Assembly (NCBI RefSeq): GCF_001194135.2
Contig: NC_068982.1
Coordinates: 136,788,116 to 136,838,056 of the forward strand
Direction of reading: 5' to 3'
From: Octopus bimaculoides
Taxonomy: Eukaryota
DNA: 49,941 nucleotides
Shown here: positions 23,823 through 36,360 of the stretch, one piece after another
How positions within the stretch are numbered: position 1 is the first letter of the stretch
How the letters are laid out: each line of letters begins with the position of its first letter
Position numbers and translations under genes: made by a program
Notes under the pieces: generated by a model
Seen by the model: only the letters and a program-made list of their open reading frames with translations
Databases searched by the model: none
Told to the model about the DNA's origin: nothing

Positions 23823-24601
23823 NNNNNNNNNNNNNNNNNNNNNNNNNNNNNNNNNNNNNNNNNNNNNNNNNNNNNNNNNNNNNNNNNNNNNNNNNNNNNN
23901 NNNNNNNNNNNNNNNNNNNNNNNNNNNNNNNNNNNNNNNNNNNNNNNNNNNNNNNNNNNNNNNNNNNNNNNNNNNNNNNNNNNNNNNNNNNNNNNNNNNN
24001 NNNNNNNNNNNNNNNNNNNNNNNNNNNNNNNNNNNNNNNNNNNNNNNNNNNNNNNNNNNNNNNNNNNNNNNNNNNNNNNNNNNNNNNNNNNNNNNNNNNN
24101 NNNNNNNNNNNNNNNNNNNNNNNNNNNNNNNNNNNNNNNNNNNNNNNNNNNNNNNNNNNNNNNNNNNNNNNNNNNNNNNNNNNNNNNNNNNNNNNNNNTA
24201 TATATATATATATGGTTATATATTTTGAAAACATAATAGGTTAGATAGGATGATGTCTGTATTACAATATTGCAATAGCCAATAATATGTTGTGCATGTA
24301 TAGTAATATTATAATCGTGAAATACGCATCAGCCTATCTCACACTTTCTCGCGGTTCCGGGAAACCCCCATCGAGAAACGCTGAGTTACAGGATTCGTTA
24401 GAATCTAGGCATATTCAACAGGTAGAACAGCGGGACTGGCTGGGTATTTAGTACTGAGATCAGAATAAAGTAAGACAATCATTAATTCGTCAGTTGTTGA
24501 TATTATAGCCCAGGTATGTACACACGGGCGCGCACAGCTACACACAAATCATGCTCGCATCACATCACAATACTAAGAGGAAACTATTTCATTTCAACAG
24601 A

Positions 24602-24877
24602 CTCTGCTTCTTTTTAATGTCAATGCCAACACACATAAGAGAAGAAAACGATAGAGCATTCAGTGAGATCTTAGATGAATAACTCCAAGAAATTCCAGGT
24701 AAACCACCTACACCCAAATATATCTCTGCAAATAAGAACTCTGTATGCGAATGGGCTATGGTACTGAAAGTATGACTGTAATACGAAACATCATTAAATG
24801 TCTTTTCTAGGTGGTACTATTAAGTTAGGCATGGCCTGGATCAGTTCCGGACGAAGCTCACCTAAGTATCTAAGTAT
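24602..24877 (+). mobile_element. CR1-like LINE 3' end (ORF2 terminus + 3'UTR + short tandem tail)
   Basis: FLMSMPTHIRE...FSEILDE*LQEIPGKPPTPKY...NKNSVCEW resembles LFN.LP..IR...F...LD.FL..IPD.P..PGY...NS..DW; ends in ctaagtat-ctaagtat. Confidence 0.5.
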
Positions 24878-25482
24878 GTGTATGTGTGTGTCCGTCTGTC
24901 TATCTATGTTTGTAGGTGTATATGTGTTTGTACGTGTGTGTGCGCGTGCGCGTGTACAAGCTTATAAAGATGATATTAATCACAGATTGTATTTTATAAA
25001 CTTATAACTTGAGAAAATCACATCCACTTACACAGAGATACGTACAACAAACGTAGATATCCGTTTGTGCTTTACGCTGCATAAATAGTAAACTTTTGGC
25101 AAACTATGTCTACAACACTGGACAAATTCACTTATTGTGTCATTTAATTTCTGTTACTCAGAACTCGGTTAAATTCGGTAAATAATTTTAAAAGGCTAAG
25201 ACCTAGGGATATCATTTACTGTCCTTTTCTTCTACCAAATTTAAAAATAAGCTCTCAAATTAATTTTACGAGAGGAAAAAGTCAGATTTAGCAAATGCAG
25301 TCAGCCCTGAATTTTAAGTTCCTTTCTGATGCATGCATACATACATACAATCATGTATACATACATACATACATAATTAATCCCCCCCCACAACAAAAAC
25401 GAAGAAAAAACACAAGAAAAGAACAATACGAGTATGTGGTAGATTCAAAGTATCAACAGAAGTTCAGGGAAGAAAAGAAAAG

Positions 25483-25521
25483 TTGTTTTATGTTTCGAGC
25501 AAAGCTCTTCTTCAGAAACAA
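25483..25521 (-). ncRNA. Minimal type I hammerhead ribozyme motif (PLE-type), stem III decayed
   Basis: Minus strand ttgttt-CTGAAGA-A-gagc-ttt-gctc-GAAA-C-A-TA-aaacaa: 6-bp stem I and 4-bp stem II. Stem III is ACAT where the palindromic ACGT is expected. Confidence 0.65.
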
Positions 25522-28072
25522 GAGACAGAGTGATGTCCAAGAGAAAAGGAAGACGGAGGGGAAAAAATCCCCAACAATCCACATGTAGTTACATTTTGAA
25601 ATGACATACATACATACATACATACATACTGCTATATCGCACGTTCGGATGACCTCTACTCAACTCTTTCCTTTATTAGGCACTACGACCATAACATAGA
25701 GTGGGACATTACAAGGACAGACAGCACAAAACGTGGTGTTTCATAAAACGAATGAGGAAATACGAAATGAAATATTTGACAATGAAAGGATGTAATGGCT
25801 TACGAGCCCACCAAAGCTCGTAGTTCCATTTTACTGTTCTCATTATACATATTAATTATCAATCTTTTTTGTCTGTTATATATTCNNNNNNNNNNTTCTC
25901 TAGTTCCATCGTCTAGACTTCTCCCTTTATATCTACGTATTGGGCTAACCTACTTCATCGTCTGGGGGCGTCGACATAACACATACATACATACATACAT
26001 GCATGCATATATACATACATACATACATACATTAGCAGCTGTCCAAAAATATCATCACGGTATTACCTACCCATGAGACATGATGTTGTGGCCAAGACAC
26101 TNNNNNNNNNNATACGAAATGAAATATTTGACAATGAAAGGATGTAATGGCTTACGAGCCCACCAAAGCTCGTAGTTCCATTTTACTGTTCTCATTATAC
26201 ATATTAATTATCAATCTTTTTTGTCTGTTATATATTCCCTGAGGTTCTCTAGTTCCATCGTCTAGACTTCTCCCTTTATATCTACGTATTGGGCTAACCT
26301 ACTTCATCGTCTGGGGGCGTCGACATAACACATACATACATACATACATGCATGCATATATACATACATACATACATACNNNNNNNNNNNNNNNNNNNNN
26401 NNNNNNNNNNNNNNNNNNNNNNNNNNNNNNNNNNNNNNNNNNNNNNNNNNNNNNNNNNNNNNNNNNNNNNNNNNNNNNNNNNNNNNNNNNNNNNNNNNNN
26501 NNNNNNNNNNNNNNNNNNNNNNNNNNNNNNNNNNNNNNNNNNNNNNNNNNNNNNNNNNNNNNNNNNNNNNNNNNNNNNNNNNNNNNNNNNNNNNNNNNNN
26601 NNNNNNNNNNNNNNNNNNNNNNNNNNNNNNNNNNNNNNNNNNNNNNNNNNNNNNNNNNNNNNNNNNNNNNNNNNNNNNNNNNNNNNNNNNNNNNNNNNNN
26701 NNNNNNNNNNNNNNNNNNNNNNNNNNNNNNNNNNNNNNNNNNNNNNNNNNNNNNNNNNNNNNNNNNNNNNNNNNNNNNNNNNNNNNNNNNNNNNNNNNNN
26801 NNNNNNNNNNNNNNNNNNNNNNNNNNNNNNNNNNNNNNNNNNNNNNNNNNNNNNNNNNNNNNNNNNNNNNNNNNNNNNNNNNNNNNNNNNNNNNNNNNNN
26901 NNNNNNNNNNNNNNNNNNNNNNNNNNNNNNNNNNNNNNNNNNNNNNNNNNNNNNNNNNNNNNNNNNNNNNNNNNNNNNNNNNNNNNNNNNNNNNNNNNNN
27001 NNNNNNNNNNNNNNNNNNNNNNNNNNNNNATACATACATACATACATACATACATACATACATACATACATGTATAGTTCTTTATTCACATTCGTGCTTT
27101 TCACTGTTTATGTGGACAAGAACAATAATTCTTCAATATGTTGAGGTCATTTGTCAATACTCTATAACCTGTGATAATATAAGATTTTATTTTTACGAAG
27201 TAACCTAGTAACAGACTATAAGCCTATTCAAAGTTAGCCATGTTTTCTGTCATTCTTGTCATGTTACACATACATGAGTTACGCTCGAATGTATAAACTC
27301 TTTTTCTCAACTAACGGTCAAATTATTGATCCAGTTTGAATCTAAAATTACAGATACCTTGTTTCCTATAGGTTACTGGATTTTTGTCTGAAAACATGGC
27401 ATTTACTACTATTTGTACAAAATCCATACACTGTAGCTAGATTATCATTCTATTGTCACAATCTGCATAGGAAACAGACAAATGTTAGCATGTGTTTACT
27501 TCTAAAAGCAAGGTTGATCGATCAAACAGATATGGTGATGTATACAATTCTAAATAACACTTAATGTTGAAACTGCTACGCAAAAAGTATTGCCATTATA
27601 TATAACCTCCTTACATCAATTTATTCACCTATAACGCTACACACACATACACATAAGCACACACGTATACACACACACTCACATTCACACACATATACAC
27701 ATAGATGTCTTCATGCATAATACTTGCACATAGACATACACAACACACAAACATCCATACATAGTCACATAGTCACACATATATTTACAAACTTTCAAAC
27801 ATACATACATAAGGATCAATATGTAGCAATAATCATTGTTGTTATCCAAATTTTAGTGATGGAACTTTTGTTAGAAAATAGTCCTTTTCTAGAAAGAACA
27901 CAAATACATAAAAGGAATGCCGTACATATAAACGTACAGGCATAGATGCAAGTGTACATACACACACCTGTACACACATACTTAAGTTACACACATAGAT
28001 TTATTCCAACAAACATACATACTTACATACTTACAGACATACACGATGCGTATATACGGACATAAAAGGAAC

Positions 28073-28394
28073 ACTCCGTCGGTTACGACGACGAGGGTCC
28101 CAGCTAATACGATCAACGGAACAGCTTGCTCGTCAAATTAACGTGCAAGTGGCTGAGCACTCCACAGACACGTGTACCCTTAACGTACGTAGTTCTCAGG
28201 GAGGTTTAGCGTGACACAGTGTGACAAAGTTGGCCCTTTGAAATACAGGTACTACTCTTTTTTCCCAGCTGAGTGGGCTTGAGACACATGATATAAAGTG
28301 TCTTGCTCCAGGACACAACGCGTCGCCGGAAATCGAACTCGCGGCCTTACGATCGTGTACCGAATGCCCTAGCCACGAAGCCACGCGCTTTCAC
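28073..28394 (-). mobile_element. SINE: D-type head/CORE-like body + A-type tail
   Basis: Tail matches group A (ctccgtcggttacgacgacgaggg...gtgcaagtggctgagcactccacagacacgtgtaccc); minus-strand body gcgttgtgtcctggagcaagacacttta. Confidence 0.85.
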
Positions 28395-28675
28395 ATACAG
28401 ATATACATACACGCTGATATGAATATCTTTACGCATATCAAAGAGAAAGATGATAAGTACAGACAGCAGCTTCGAAATTTTCAGCTTCTATTCCCAGGTT
28501 GTTAATTTGCATTTATGCTAATAGTAATTAACGAACTTTATGTTGTTAGTAAATGCCCAAATAATAATCTGGAAAAGCTAGGGCTAAAACAAAAATATTA
28601 AGAAAAACTGAAGAGAAATCTGTCAGCGAACACGCACATTATAAGCATAATCTTAAGCGCTGGAGTAAAAGTAAT

Positions 28676-28910
28676 CTTTTATTTGTTTCTGTCATTTGAC
28701 TGCGGCCATGCTAGAGCACCACCTTTAGTCGAATAAATCGACCCCCAGGACTTATTCCTTGTAAGCCTAGTACTTATTCTACCGGTCTAATTTTGCCGAA
28801 CACCGCTAAGTTACGGGGATGTAAGCACTCCAACATCGGTACTCAAGCGATGGTGGGGGTGGGGACAAAGACAGACACAAACAACAAACACATACATACA
28901 TATATATATA
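28676..28910 (-). mobile_element. SINE group C, 3' half ending in (TA)n at a gap
   Basis: gtcatttgactgcggccatgctagagcacc...ttgtaagcctagtacttattct. Confidence 0.85.
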
Positions 28911-29461
28911 NNNNNNNNNNNNNNNNNNNNNNNNNNNNNNNNNNNNNNNNNNNNNNNNNNNNNNNNNNNNNNNNNNNNNNNNNNNNNNNNNNNNNNNNNN
29001 NNNNNNNNNNNNNNNNNNNNNNNNNNNNNNNNNNNNNNNNNNNNNNNNNNNNNNNNNNNNNNNNNNNNNNNNNNNNNNNNNNNNNNNNNNNNNNNNNNNN
29101 NNNNNNNNNNNNNNNNNNNNNNNNNNNNNNNNNNNNNNNNNNNNNNNNNNNNNNNNNNNNNNNNNNNNNNNNNNNNNNNNNNNNNNNNNNNNNNNNNNNN
29201 NNNNNNNNNNNNNNNNNNNNNNNNNNNNNNNNNNNNNNNNNNNNNNNNNNNNNNNNNNNNNNNNNNNNNNNNNNNNNNNNNNNNNNNNNNNNNNNNNNNN
29301 NNNNNNNNNNNNNNNNNNNNNNNNNNNNNNNNNNNNNNNNNNNNNNNNNNNNNNNNNNNNNNNNNNNNNNNNNNNNNNNNNNNNNNNNNNNNNNNNNNNN
29401 NNNNNNNNNNNNNNNNNNNNNNNNNNNNNNNNNNNNNNNNNNNNNNNNNNNNNNNNNNNNN

Positions 29462-29820
29462 GGAGCACTGGTTTGGTCGAACAAATGGACCCTGGGACTT
29501 ATTCTTTGTAAGTACATATTCTATCAGTCTCTTTTTGCAGAACCGCTATGTTACGGAGACGCAAACGCATGAACATCGGTTGTCAAGCGATGGAGTGGGG
29601 GCAAACTCAGACACACAAACATATAAATATATATATATATATTTATATATATATATATATACGACGGACTTCTTTCAGTTTCAGTCTACCAAATCCATTC
29701 ACAAGACTTTGGTCGGCCCAAGACTATAGTAGAAGACACTTGCCCAAGGTGCCACGCAGTGGGACTGTTCCCGGGACCATGTGGTTGGTAAGCAAGCTAC
29801 TTACCACACAGCCGCTGCTA
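29462..29820 (-). mobile_element. SINE group C, near-complete: tRNA-like head + CORE-like body + internal (TA)n + tail
   Basis: Minus strand ggctgtgtggtaag (A box)...ggaacagtccc (B-box-like)-actgcgtggcaccttgggcaagtgtcttc (CORE-like)...gaaagaagtccgtcg-(TA)n-tail. Confidence 0.9.
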
Positions 29821-29838
29821 TACTCCTATATATATATA

Positions 29839-29882
<44 letters not shown>

Positions 29883-32019
29883 TGCATGCATATAAATTCA
29901 TAAATATACTTATATATATCTCGTAGAGTAGATAGATAGAATACTGGTAGGCATAATTGTATATACACTCACGCATGTAGATGCACATACTTCTATGCAA
30001 GGCATGTACACAACCTAGTCAACTTGCTACCATTAGCATGATCGAATTTATATTTTATGTTTGTCCTTTGCCTATTTCATAAATACTTGATAAAAGTAAA
30101 GTTGGATAAACATAACTTTGCCTGGCCCTAGAGGCACTGTGAGTAGTGTAATAGTGTAATTTATCAATTTGGTTATCAGTCAAGTCTAACTAGGTAAACA
30201 ACCATGTTTTATGCAGTTCTTACAAAGAAAAAACAAAATAGAAGAGAATGTATATTAAGCTAACTTGACGTGAATACCAAATTAGATTTCTTTTTAATGT
30301 TGAACAGCCATTAATTTCCAAATGGAAAAAAAATCTCAACGCTGAAATGAAATTGAATTTGTAGATTCCTCATCAGACCATACAATGGCACAGGCTGCAA
30401 TTTATATTAACATGGTATATTCGATGCACTTCGTGGTGCACATGAATCTTTCTGTTGGAGATCAAAATTTCAGTTATTCATTGATATCTTTAAGTTAATG
30501 CTCACCGTTGAGTTGCATCTTCATATTGTACTCTAAAACAATGCATTTACTTCCGAAATAGTTTAATTTACACCTCCTCCTACAAATATCTATTAGATAT
30601 TTTCATCACTGTCAGTTCCTTATTTCCACTCTCATCGTCATCATAATCTTTAAAAATGCATCGTTCTGGCCATACCTTCTTATTTGTTTCGTCTCAAAGC
30701 AAAAACGACCATAATTTCAAATAGTGAATTAACTGCACTTAGTTCATCGAATTATTTCTATATTCAAGTCTTGCTAACCCTAAAATTATGTTAAATGTAT
30801 TTCCTACATTACAAATGTAGCAATATATTCAAATAGTTATTTAATAATTGTCATTGTCTAAGTTTCCACCCACCCAAAAGCATTTTTTTTTTTCAATAAG
30901 CAAATAACAAAAATAAACTTTTAAAAATGCTGAGTAAATTCATCTCATGCTCTGTATTCGTGTTGAACCTTTTATTCAACCACATACTCGGACATTTGTA
31001 TTCTGACATGAAATCTGCAGGGAATACCAAATCCACTCGCGACTAACAATGACTTAATGATACATAATTATTTTGCTAAGAACCTAACATCTGTGAGTGC
31101 CAGAGTAAATAGATTCAAGCATGCCAACAGATTTGCAGCACGGTAAGAGTTGAAATCGTTTTGTTAAATAATTCTAGGAACGTAAGATTTATTTTCGTAA
31201 GTTAACCACAAAATTCCATCCAGAGTGCTGCAGAATACGAATACGTATGCTATTAAAGAATGGAGAATTCTTGTCGAGAATATATGAAGTAATTATGTTA
31301 TATATTCTGAGACTCAGTGAACCAAAATAATGACGTGAATTAGCTATAGAATTGCTTTCGCTATCAACTGTAACATCTTAATGCAAGTCATTTCAGAATA
31401 GAATAAAAAAATTAGCTGGAAAAGACCTGACGGTTGAAGGTTAAAATACGAAGCTAAAATTCTACAAAATGTTTCTAATAAATCTACTTCAGATAACAAT
31501 GGACGCTGACATATTTCATCGGCGTGATTGCTTTGCAGTTGCATTTTCCGCTCAAACCATAAAATGAAATAATATATATGACATGGAAATCACTCCAAAG
31601 CATTAAAAAACGTTTAAGGTTTGCTGGTTAGCTCTGGTTCTCTGGCATTAATCAGATGAAAGATAAATCTCCATTTTAACAGGACATCGGTGTATAACAG
31701 GTAACATTCTCAGATGATTTACTTATCTATCCAAAACACCTAGGTGAATTAAGGCATGTGGAATTAAATATCATGGTTCAAATCACAAGTAAAGATGTAG
31801 AATGTATTATAACTGTTCTACTTCTTGGCATAAAAATAAAACACAAATTTATCTTTTACCTTTTATTTCATTCAGTCAATACTCAGGTGCGCGCGTATGT
31901 GTGTGTCTGTGTGTCGTTGACGGATTTAGTTGATAAAAAGAACTCAGTACTTATCACGTCAGGTACTTGTTCTATCGATCCGCTAAAATACTGGGGCTGT
32001 GATCAAACCTCACCTTCAA

Positions 32020-32205
32020 ACAGTGAAGGGACAAGCATAAAGACACACATTGACATACACACATGTGTGAATACGACGGGTTTCCGTACAGTTTCGGTCT
32101 ACCAAACTTACTTACAAAACATTGGCCGGCCTAAGTAAGAGATACTTGTCCAAGATGCCACTCATTGGGATTAAACCCGAAACTAAGCATACAGTCATAC
32201 CCGTG
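32020..32205 (-). mobile_element. SINE group C, degenerate with internal deletion
   Basis: gacgggtttccgtacagtttcggtctaccaaac...gatacttgtccaagatgccac. Confidence 0.6.
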
Positions 32206-32239
32206 TAGATATGATGAATAAATATTACTTTTTTCTAGA

Positions 32240-32447
32240 TTCTTCTTGAGTCATGTTGACTCATAATTTTCTGTAATCCTGCGACTGACCGGTCAGTCGA
32301 GAGTCACTCCTTTTTGCCAGTTAGACGGACAGGAGTAACGTGAAATGAAGTGCTTCGCCAAAGAAAACAACGCATTGCCCGGTCCAGGAATCGAAACCAG
32401 AATCTTATGATTACGAGCCCGACACCTTAACCACTAAGCCATGCGCC
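32240..32447 (-). mobile_element. SINE with D-type head and a distinct palindromic tail
   Basis: Minus-strand head ggcgcatggcttagtggttaagg...ggtttcgattcctggaccggg; the tail contains the perfect 18-bp palindrome cgactgaccggtcagtcg (32282-32299). Confidence 0.7.
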
Positions 32448-33032
32448 ATTGCAGTAAATAAACTCAAATTATGTAAATAGTATCTCGACGTGTAGCGCAA
32501 AACAAATAGTTTGAGATAAAAAAAAATCATCAACTATGGAACCGAATGAAACTCTGCTATTGTGTATTTGTTTATACAGTAGTGGTGTATAATGCTTCTA
32601 CTTACAAAGCAAAATTTCATAAAAAGATTATATCATAAAAGGCCCATTTGTAGATGAAAATTGGAAATGCTACTATATCGTTAGATAAATATTACGATCG
32701 TAATTTTTTTCCCGTAAACCGTTATTATCTTCAGTGTTTTTCACCATCATTTCTCACCTTCCTTATTTCATCACCATCAGCAGCAGTAGAACATATATAC
32801 GCCTACACGCACTTAAGAATACATAAACAAACTCACACAAGCACAAATACATACACACATATACACACAAACAAACACGTATACATTGTATATACATGTA
32901 CCTATATATATATATATAATAAAAGTGGCTAGACGCAATATAAAAAGGAAAAGTAAACATTCAATTGTCACTAATGGTAGCACCTACATTGCTAGAAACA
33001 GGAATCAAAGTCTTTTATAGTTACAAATATAT

Positions 33033-33106
33033 TACAAGCCTATGTACTGATAGGGGAGTTAACCACTGTGGAGCGGTTAATTCCCCTGTCAGCACATAAA
33101 CTTGTG
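33033..33106 (+). ncRNA. pri-miRNA-like hairpin (candidate)
   Basis: 18 consecutive pairs 33047-33064/33075-33092 (two G.U), a 10-nt loop containing UGUG, and a lower stem extending to ~32 positions. Confidence 0.4.
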
Positions 33107-33222
33107 CTATGTTTGTGGCTATAAGGGTTTTGAGGCCTATTTCTAGCAATGTAGGTGAAACTATGCGCCCACCTTCAGTCACTATTAGTGATAATTGAAT
33201 ATATACATACATAAATACATAC

Positions 33223-33259
<37 letters not shown>

Positions 33260-33838
33260 NNNNNNNNNNNNNNNNNNNNNNNNNNNNNNNNNNNNNNNNN
33301 NNNNNNNNNNNNNNNNNNNNNNNNNNNNNNNNNNNNNNNNNNNNNNNNNNNNNNNNNNNNNNNNNNNNNNNNNNNNNNNNNNNNNNNNNNNNNNNNNNNN
33401 NNNNNNNNNNNNNNNNNNNNNNNNNNNNNNNNNNNNNNNNNNNNNNNNNNNNNNNNNNNNNNNNNNNNNNNNNNNNNNNNNNNNNNNNNNNNNNNNNNNN
33501 NNNNNNNNNNNNNNNNNNNNNNNNNNNNNNNNNNNNNNNNNNNNNNNNNNNNNNNNNNNNNNNNNNNNNNNNNNNNNNNNNNNNNNNNNNNNNNNNNNNN
33601 NNNNNNNNNNNNNNNNNNNNNNNNNNNNNNNNNNNNNNNNNNNNNNNNNNNNNNNNNNNNNNNNNNNNNNNNNNNNNNNNNNNNNNNNNNNNNNNNNNNN
33701 NNNNNNNNNNNNNNNNNNNNNNNNNNNNNNNNNNNNNNNNNNNNNNNNNNNNNNNNNNNNNNNNNNNNNNNNNNNNNNNNNNNNNNNNNNNNNNNNNNNN
33801 NNNNNNNNNNNNNNNNNNNNNNNNNNNNNNNNNNNNNN

Positions 33839-34482
33839 CAGAATAAATTCAGCACTGAATATATTCTGGTAATATATTTAAATTCAATAATAGGACGAAT
33901 TCTTTTACAAGAATTTATCAAGTAGCTAGCGTGAAAAAGACCTCATAAGGGAAAAAATCCATCATTTATTCCCGAAATATATATTTATATTTATATAAGG
34001 GCATTACTATATAATAACGCCTCACGCCATGGGGGACTCTAAGGTCAGACTACTATAAAAAGCACATTTTTACCGAATGGGAGGAAATGCAACTCTCAAA
34101 GCCAACCCCTCAAAAACGAACTAAATTATCGATCATGATTTCATAGTTATTGTAGTATTGTACAACTTCTACTCGTCAGTATAATATGGTCCAGAAAAAT
34201 AGAAATAAACAGTGAATCAACATACCAAACGAACACCATGTATCCAGCATAGCATATAGACGACTGTTCATCGCTATTTCCCTATGTAAGTGGCGGGAAT
34301 TTCGAATTGCATCTCGGTAAATATGCCTCTTACTCAGAATAAATTCAGCACTGAATATATTCTGGTAATATATTTAAATTCAATAATAGAACGAATTCTT
34401 TTACAAGAATAGTAGTCTGAGCTTAGAGTCCCTCATGGCGTCAGCCGTTATTATATAGTAATGCCCTTATATAAATATAAAT
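33839..34482. repeat. Direct + inverted repeat cassette (pLTR-like) around a hammerhead
   Basis: A 33839-33914 matches 34335-34410 (1 mismatch); B 33983-34055 is inverted at 34410-34482 (4 mismatches). Confidence 0.8.
34125..34185 (-). ncRNA. Type I hammerhead ribozyme motif (palindromic stem III, AUC site)
   Basis: Minus strand attata-CTGACGA-gtag-aa-gttgta-caatac-tacaat-aa-ctat-GAAA-TCATGA-TC-gataat. Stem II is 4+6 bp, stem III is the palindrome ATCATGAT, and stem I has 5 bp with an A.G mismatch next to the core. Confidence 0.7.
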
Positions 34483-35244
34483 NNNNNNNNNNNNNNNNNN
34501 NNNNNNNNNNNNNNNNNNNNNNNNNNNNNNNNNNNNNNNNNNNNNNNNNNNNNNNNNNNNNNNNNNNNNNNNNNNNNNNNNNNNNNNNNNNNNNNNNNNN
34601 NNNNNNNNNNNNNNNNNNNNNNNNNNNNNNNNNNNNNNNNNNNNNNNNNNNNNNNNNNNNNNNNNNNNNNNNNNNNNNNNNNNNNNNNNNNNNNNNNNNN
34701 NNNNNNNNNNNNNNNNNNNNNNNNNNNNNNNNNNNNNNNNNNNNNNNNNNNNNNNNNNNNNNNNNNNNNNNNNNNNNNNNNNNNNNNNNNNNNNNNNNNN
34801 NNNNNNNNNNNNNNNNNNNNNNNNNNNNNNNNNNNNNNNNNNNNNNNNNNNNNNNNNNNNNNNNNNNNNNNNNNNNNNNNNNNNNNNNNNNNNNNNNNNN
34901 NNNNNNNNNNNNNNNNNNNNNNNNNNNNNNNNNNNNNNNNNNNNNNNNNNNNNNNNNNNNNNNNNNNNNNNNNNNNNNNNNNNNNNNNNNNNNNNNNNNN
35001 NNNNNNNNNNNNNNNNNNNNNNNNNNNNNNNNNNNNNNNNNNNNNNNNNNNNNNNNNNNNNNNNNNNNNNNNNNNNNNNNNNNNNNNNNNNNNNNNNNNN
35101 NTATCACAGTCGATGTAAAAAAACGGGGAACAGATTAGGTTTATCCGTGGACAGAAAAGCCTACGGAAAAGACCACGGTCACCTCAGGCTTTTTTTTTTA
35201 AAGGTACATGAAAGTAAGTACCTTCTCTCTTTTTGTCTCTTTTT

Positions 35245-35275
35245 AGATAGCTAGCTAACTAGCTAGCTAGCTAGC

Positions 35276-35343
<68 letters not shown>

Positions 35344-35392
35344 AAGATGCATGCATACAGACAGGCAGACAGACAGGCAGACAGACAGACAG
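35245..35392. repeat. (GCTA)n-(GATA)n-(GACA)n compound microsatellite
   Basis: Seen directly. Confidence 0.9.
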
Positions 35393-35759
35393 AAACGAGA
35401 CTATAAATTTAATCTTGGATTTATAGACACTGATGCCATTTAATACTTTTTAAATACTTTTGTGTCGTACAGCTCATTAGTTTATTGAGAAGAAGCTATG
35501 TCTTAATGTTCCGAATTTAAGTGTTAACGAAGGATGGAATATGGAGTGGGCTGCACTGAGCCTTCCGCTACCTCAGTAGCCCACATAAGTTAGAAAGTGC
35601 TTAATTGTTTTGATTTATATAATTAACTATAGTTAAATTAAGATTAATGAGACGGATTACGCATGTATAAAGTATTCTCAACGTAGGTAGTGAGTGTGAA
35701 GTAACACGAGAGTGAGATCATCACTAGGAGATGTTGTGTGTTATACATGTTCGTTCAGT

Positions 35760-36360
35760 GGGTCTTATATGTATATGTATGTGTTTGTGTGTATGTATGT
35801 ATGTATTAATGTATGTGTATGTGCAATTCGGTATATGTGTGTATGGATGGATATGTATGTATCGCCCATACTTTCGATTTTTTGTGGATTTTTTCACTTA
35901 ATTTAAACTTACCTGTGTAATTTTATATAATTTGGAATTACCTTGGCCACTCAGTAATTAAATTACCACTAATGTGTGTACAAATATATATACAGGTATA
36001 TATATGTGTGTGGGTGTATATATATGTGTATGTGTGTGTGTTTGCATGTGTATGTATATGTTTGTATATTTACCTATGTGTGTATGTATATCTGTGGGTA
36101 TATGTATGTATGCGTGTATGTGTGTATATATGTATGTATATGTTTGTACATGTATGTATGTATGTATATACATATCTATGTATGTATATACATATCTNNN
36201 NNNNNNNATATATATATATATATATATATATAGTAGTGTGGGTCTGTGTGTACGCGTGCGTGTGTGAGTGTCGATGTGAGCATGTTTGTGTCTGTGTGTA
36301 GGCGAATGTGTGTATGTGTGTTTATGTATATGTATATATCTGTCTGTATGTATATGTATG
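35760..36360. repeat. Degenerate TG/TA/TATG low-complexity tract
   Basis: Seen directly; source of several spurious ORFs. Confidence 0.9.

Noticed and set aside
25760-26379. Identical ~270-bp tandem duplication (25760-26030 and 26112-26379)
   Set aside because: The copies are identical and bounded by 10-N gaps; most likely overlapping or allelic contigs scaffolded in tandem.
30305-30385. Minus-strand CTGATGAG...GAAATTAATG motif
   Set aside because: Position 17 is G (not cleavable), stem II has 5 extra nucleotides before GAAA, and stem I is mostly wobble pairs.
31021-31142. Possible + strand exon (ctgcag|GGAATA...GCACG|gtaaga) with one open frame
   Set aside because: Poor polypyrimidine tract, no recognisable protein similarity and no partner exons; needs RNA-seq.
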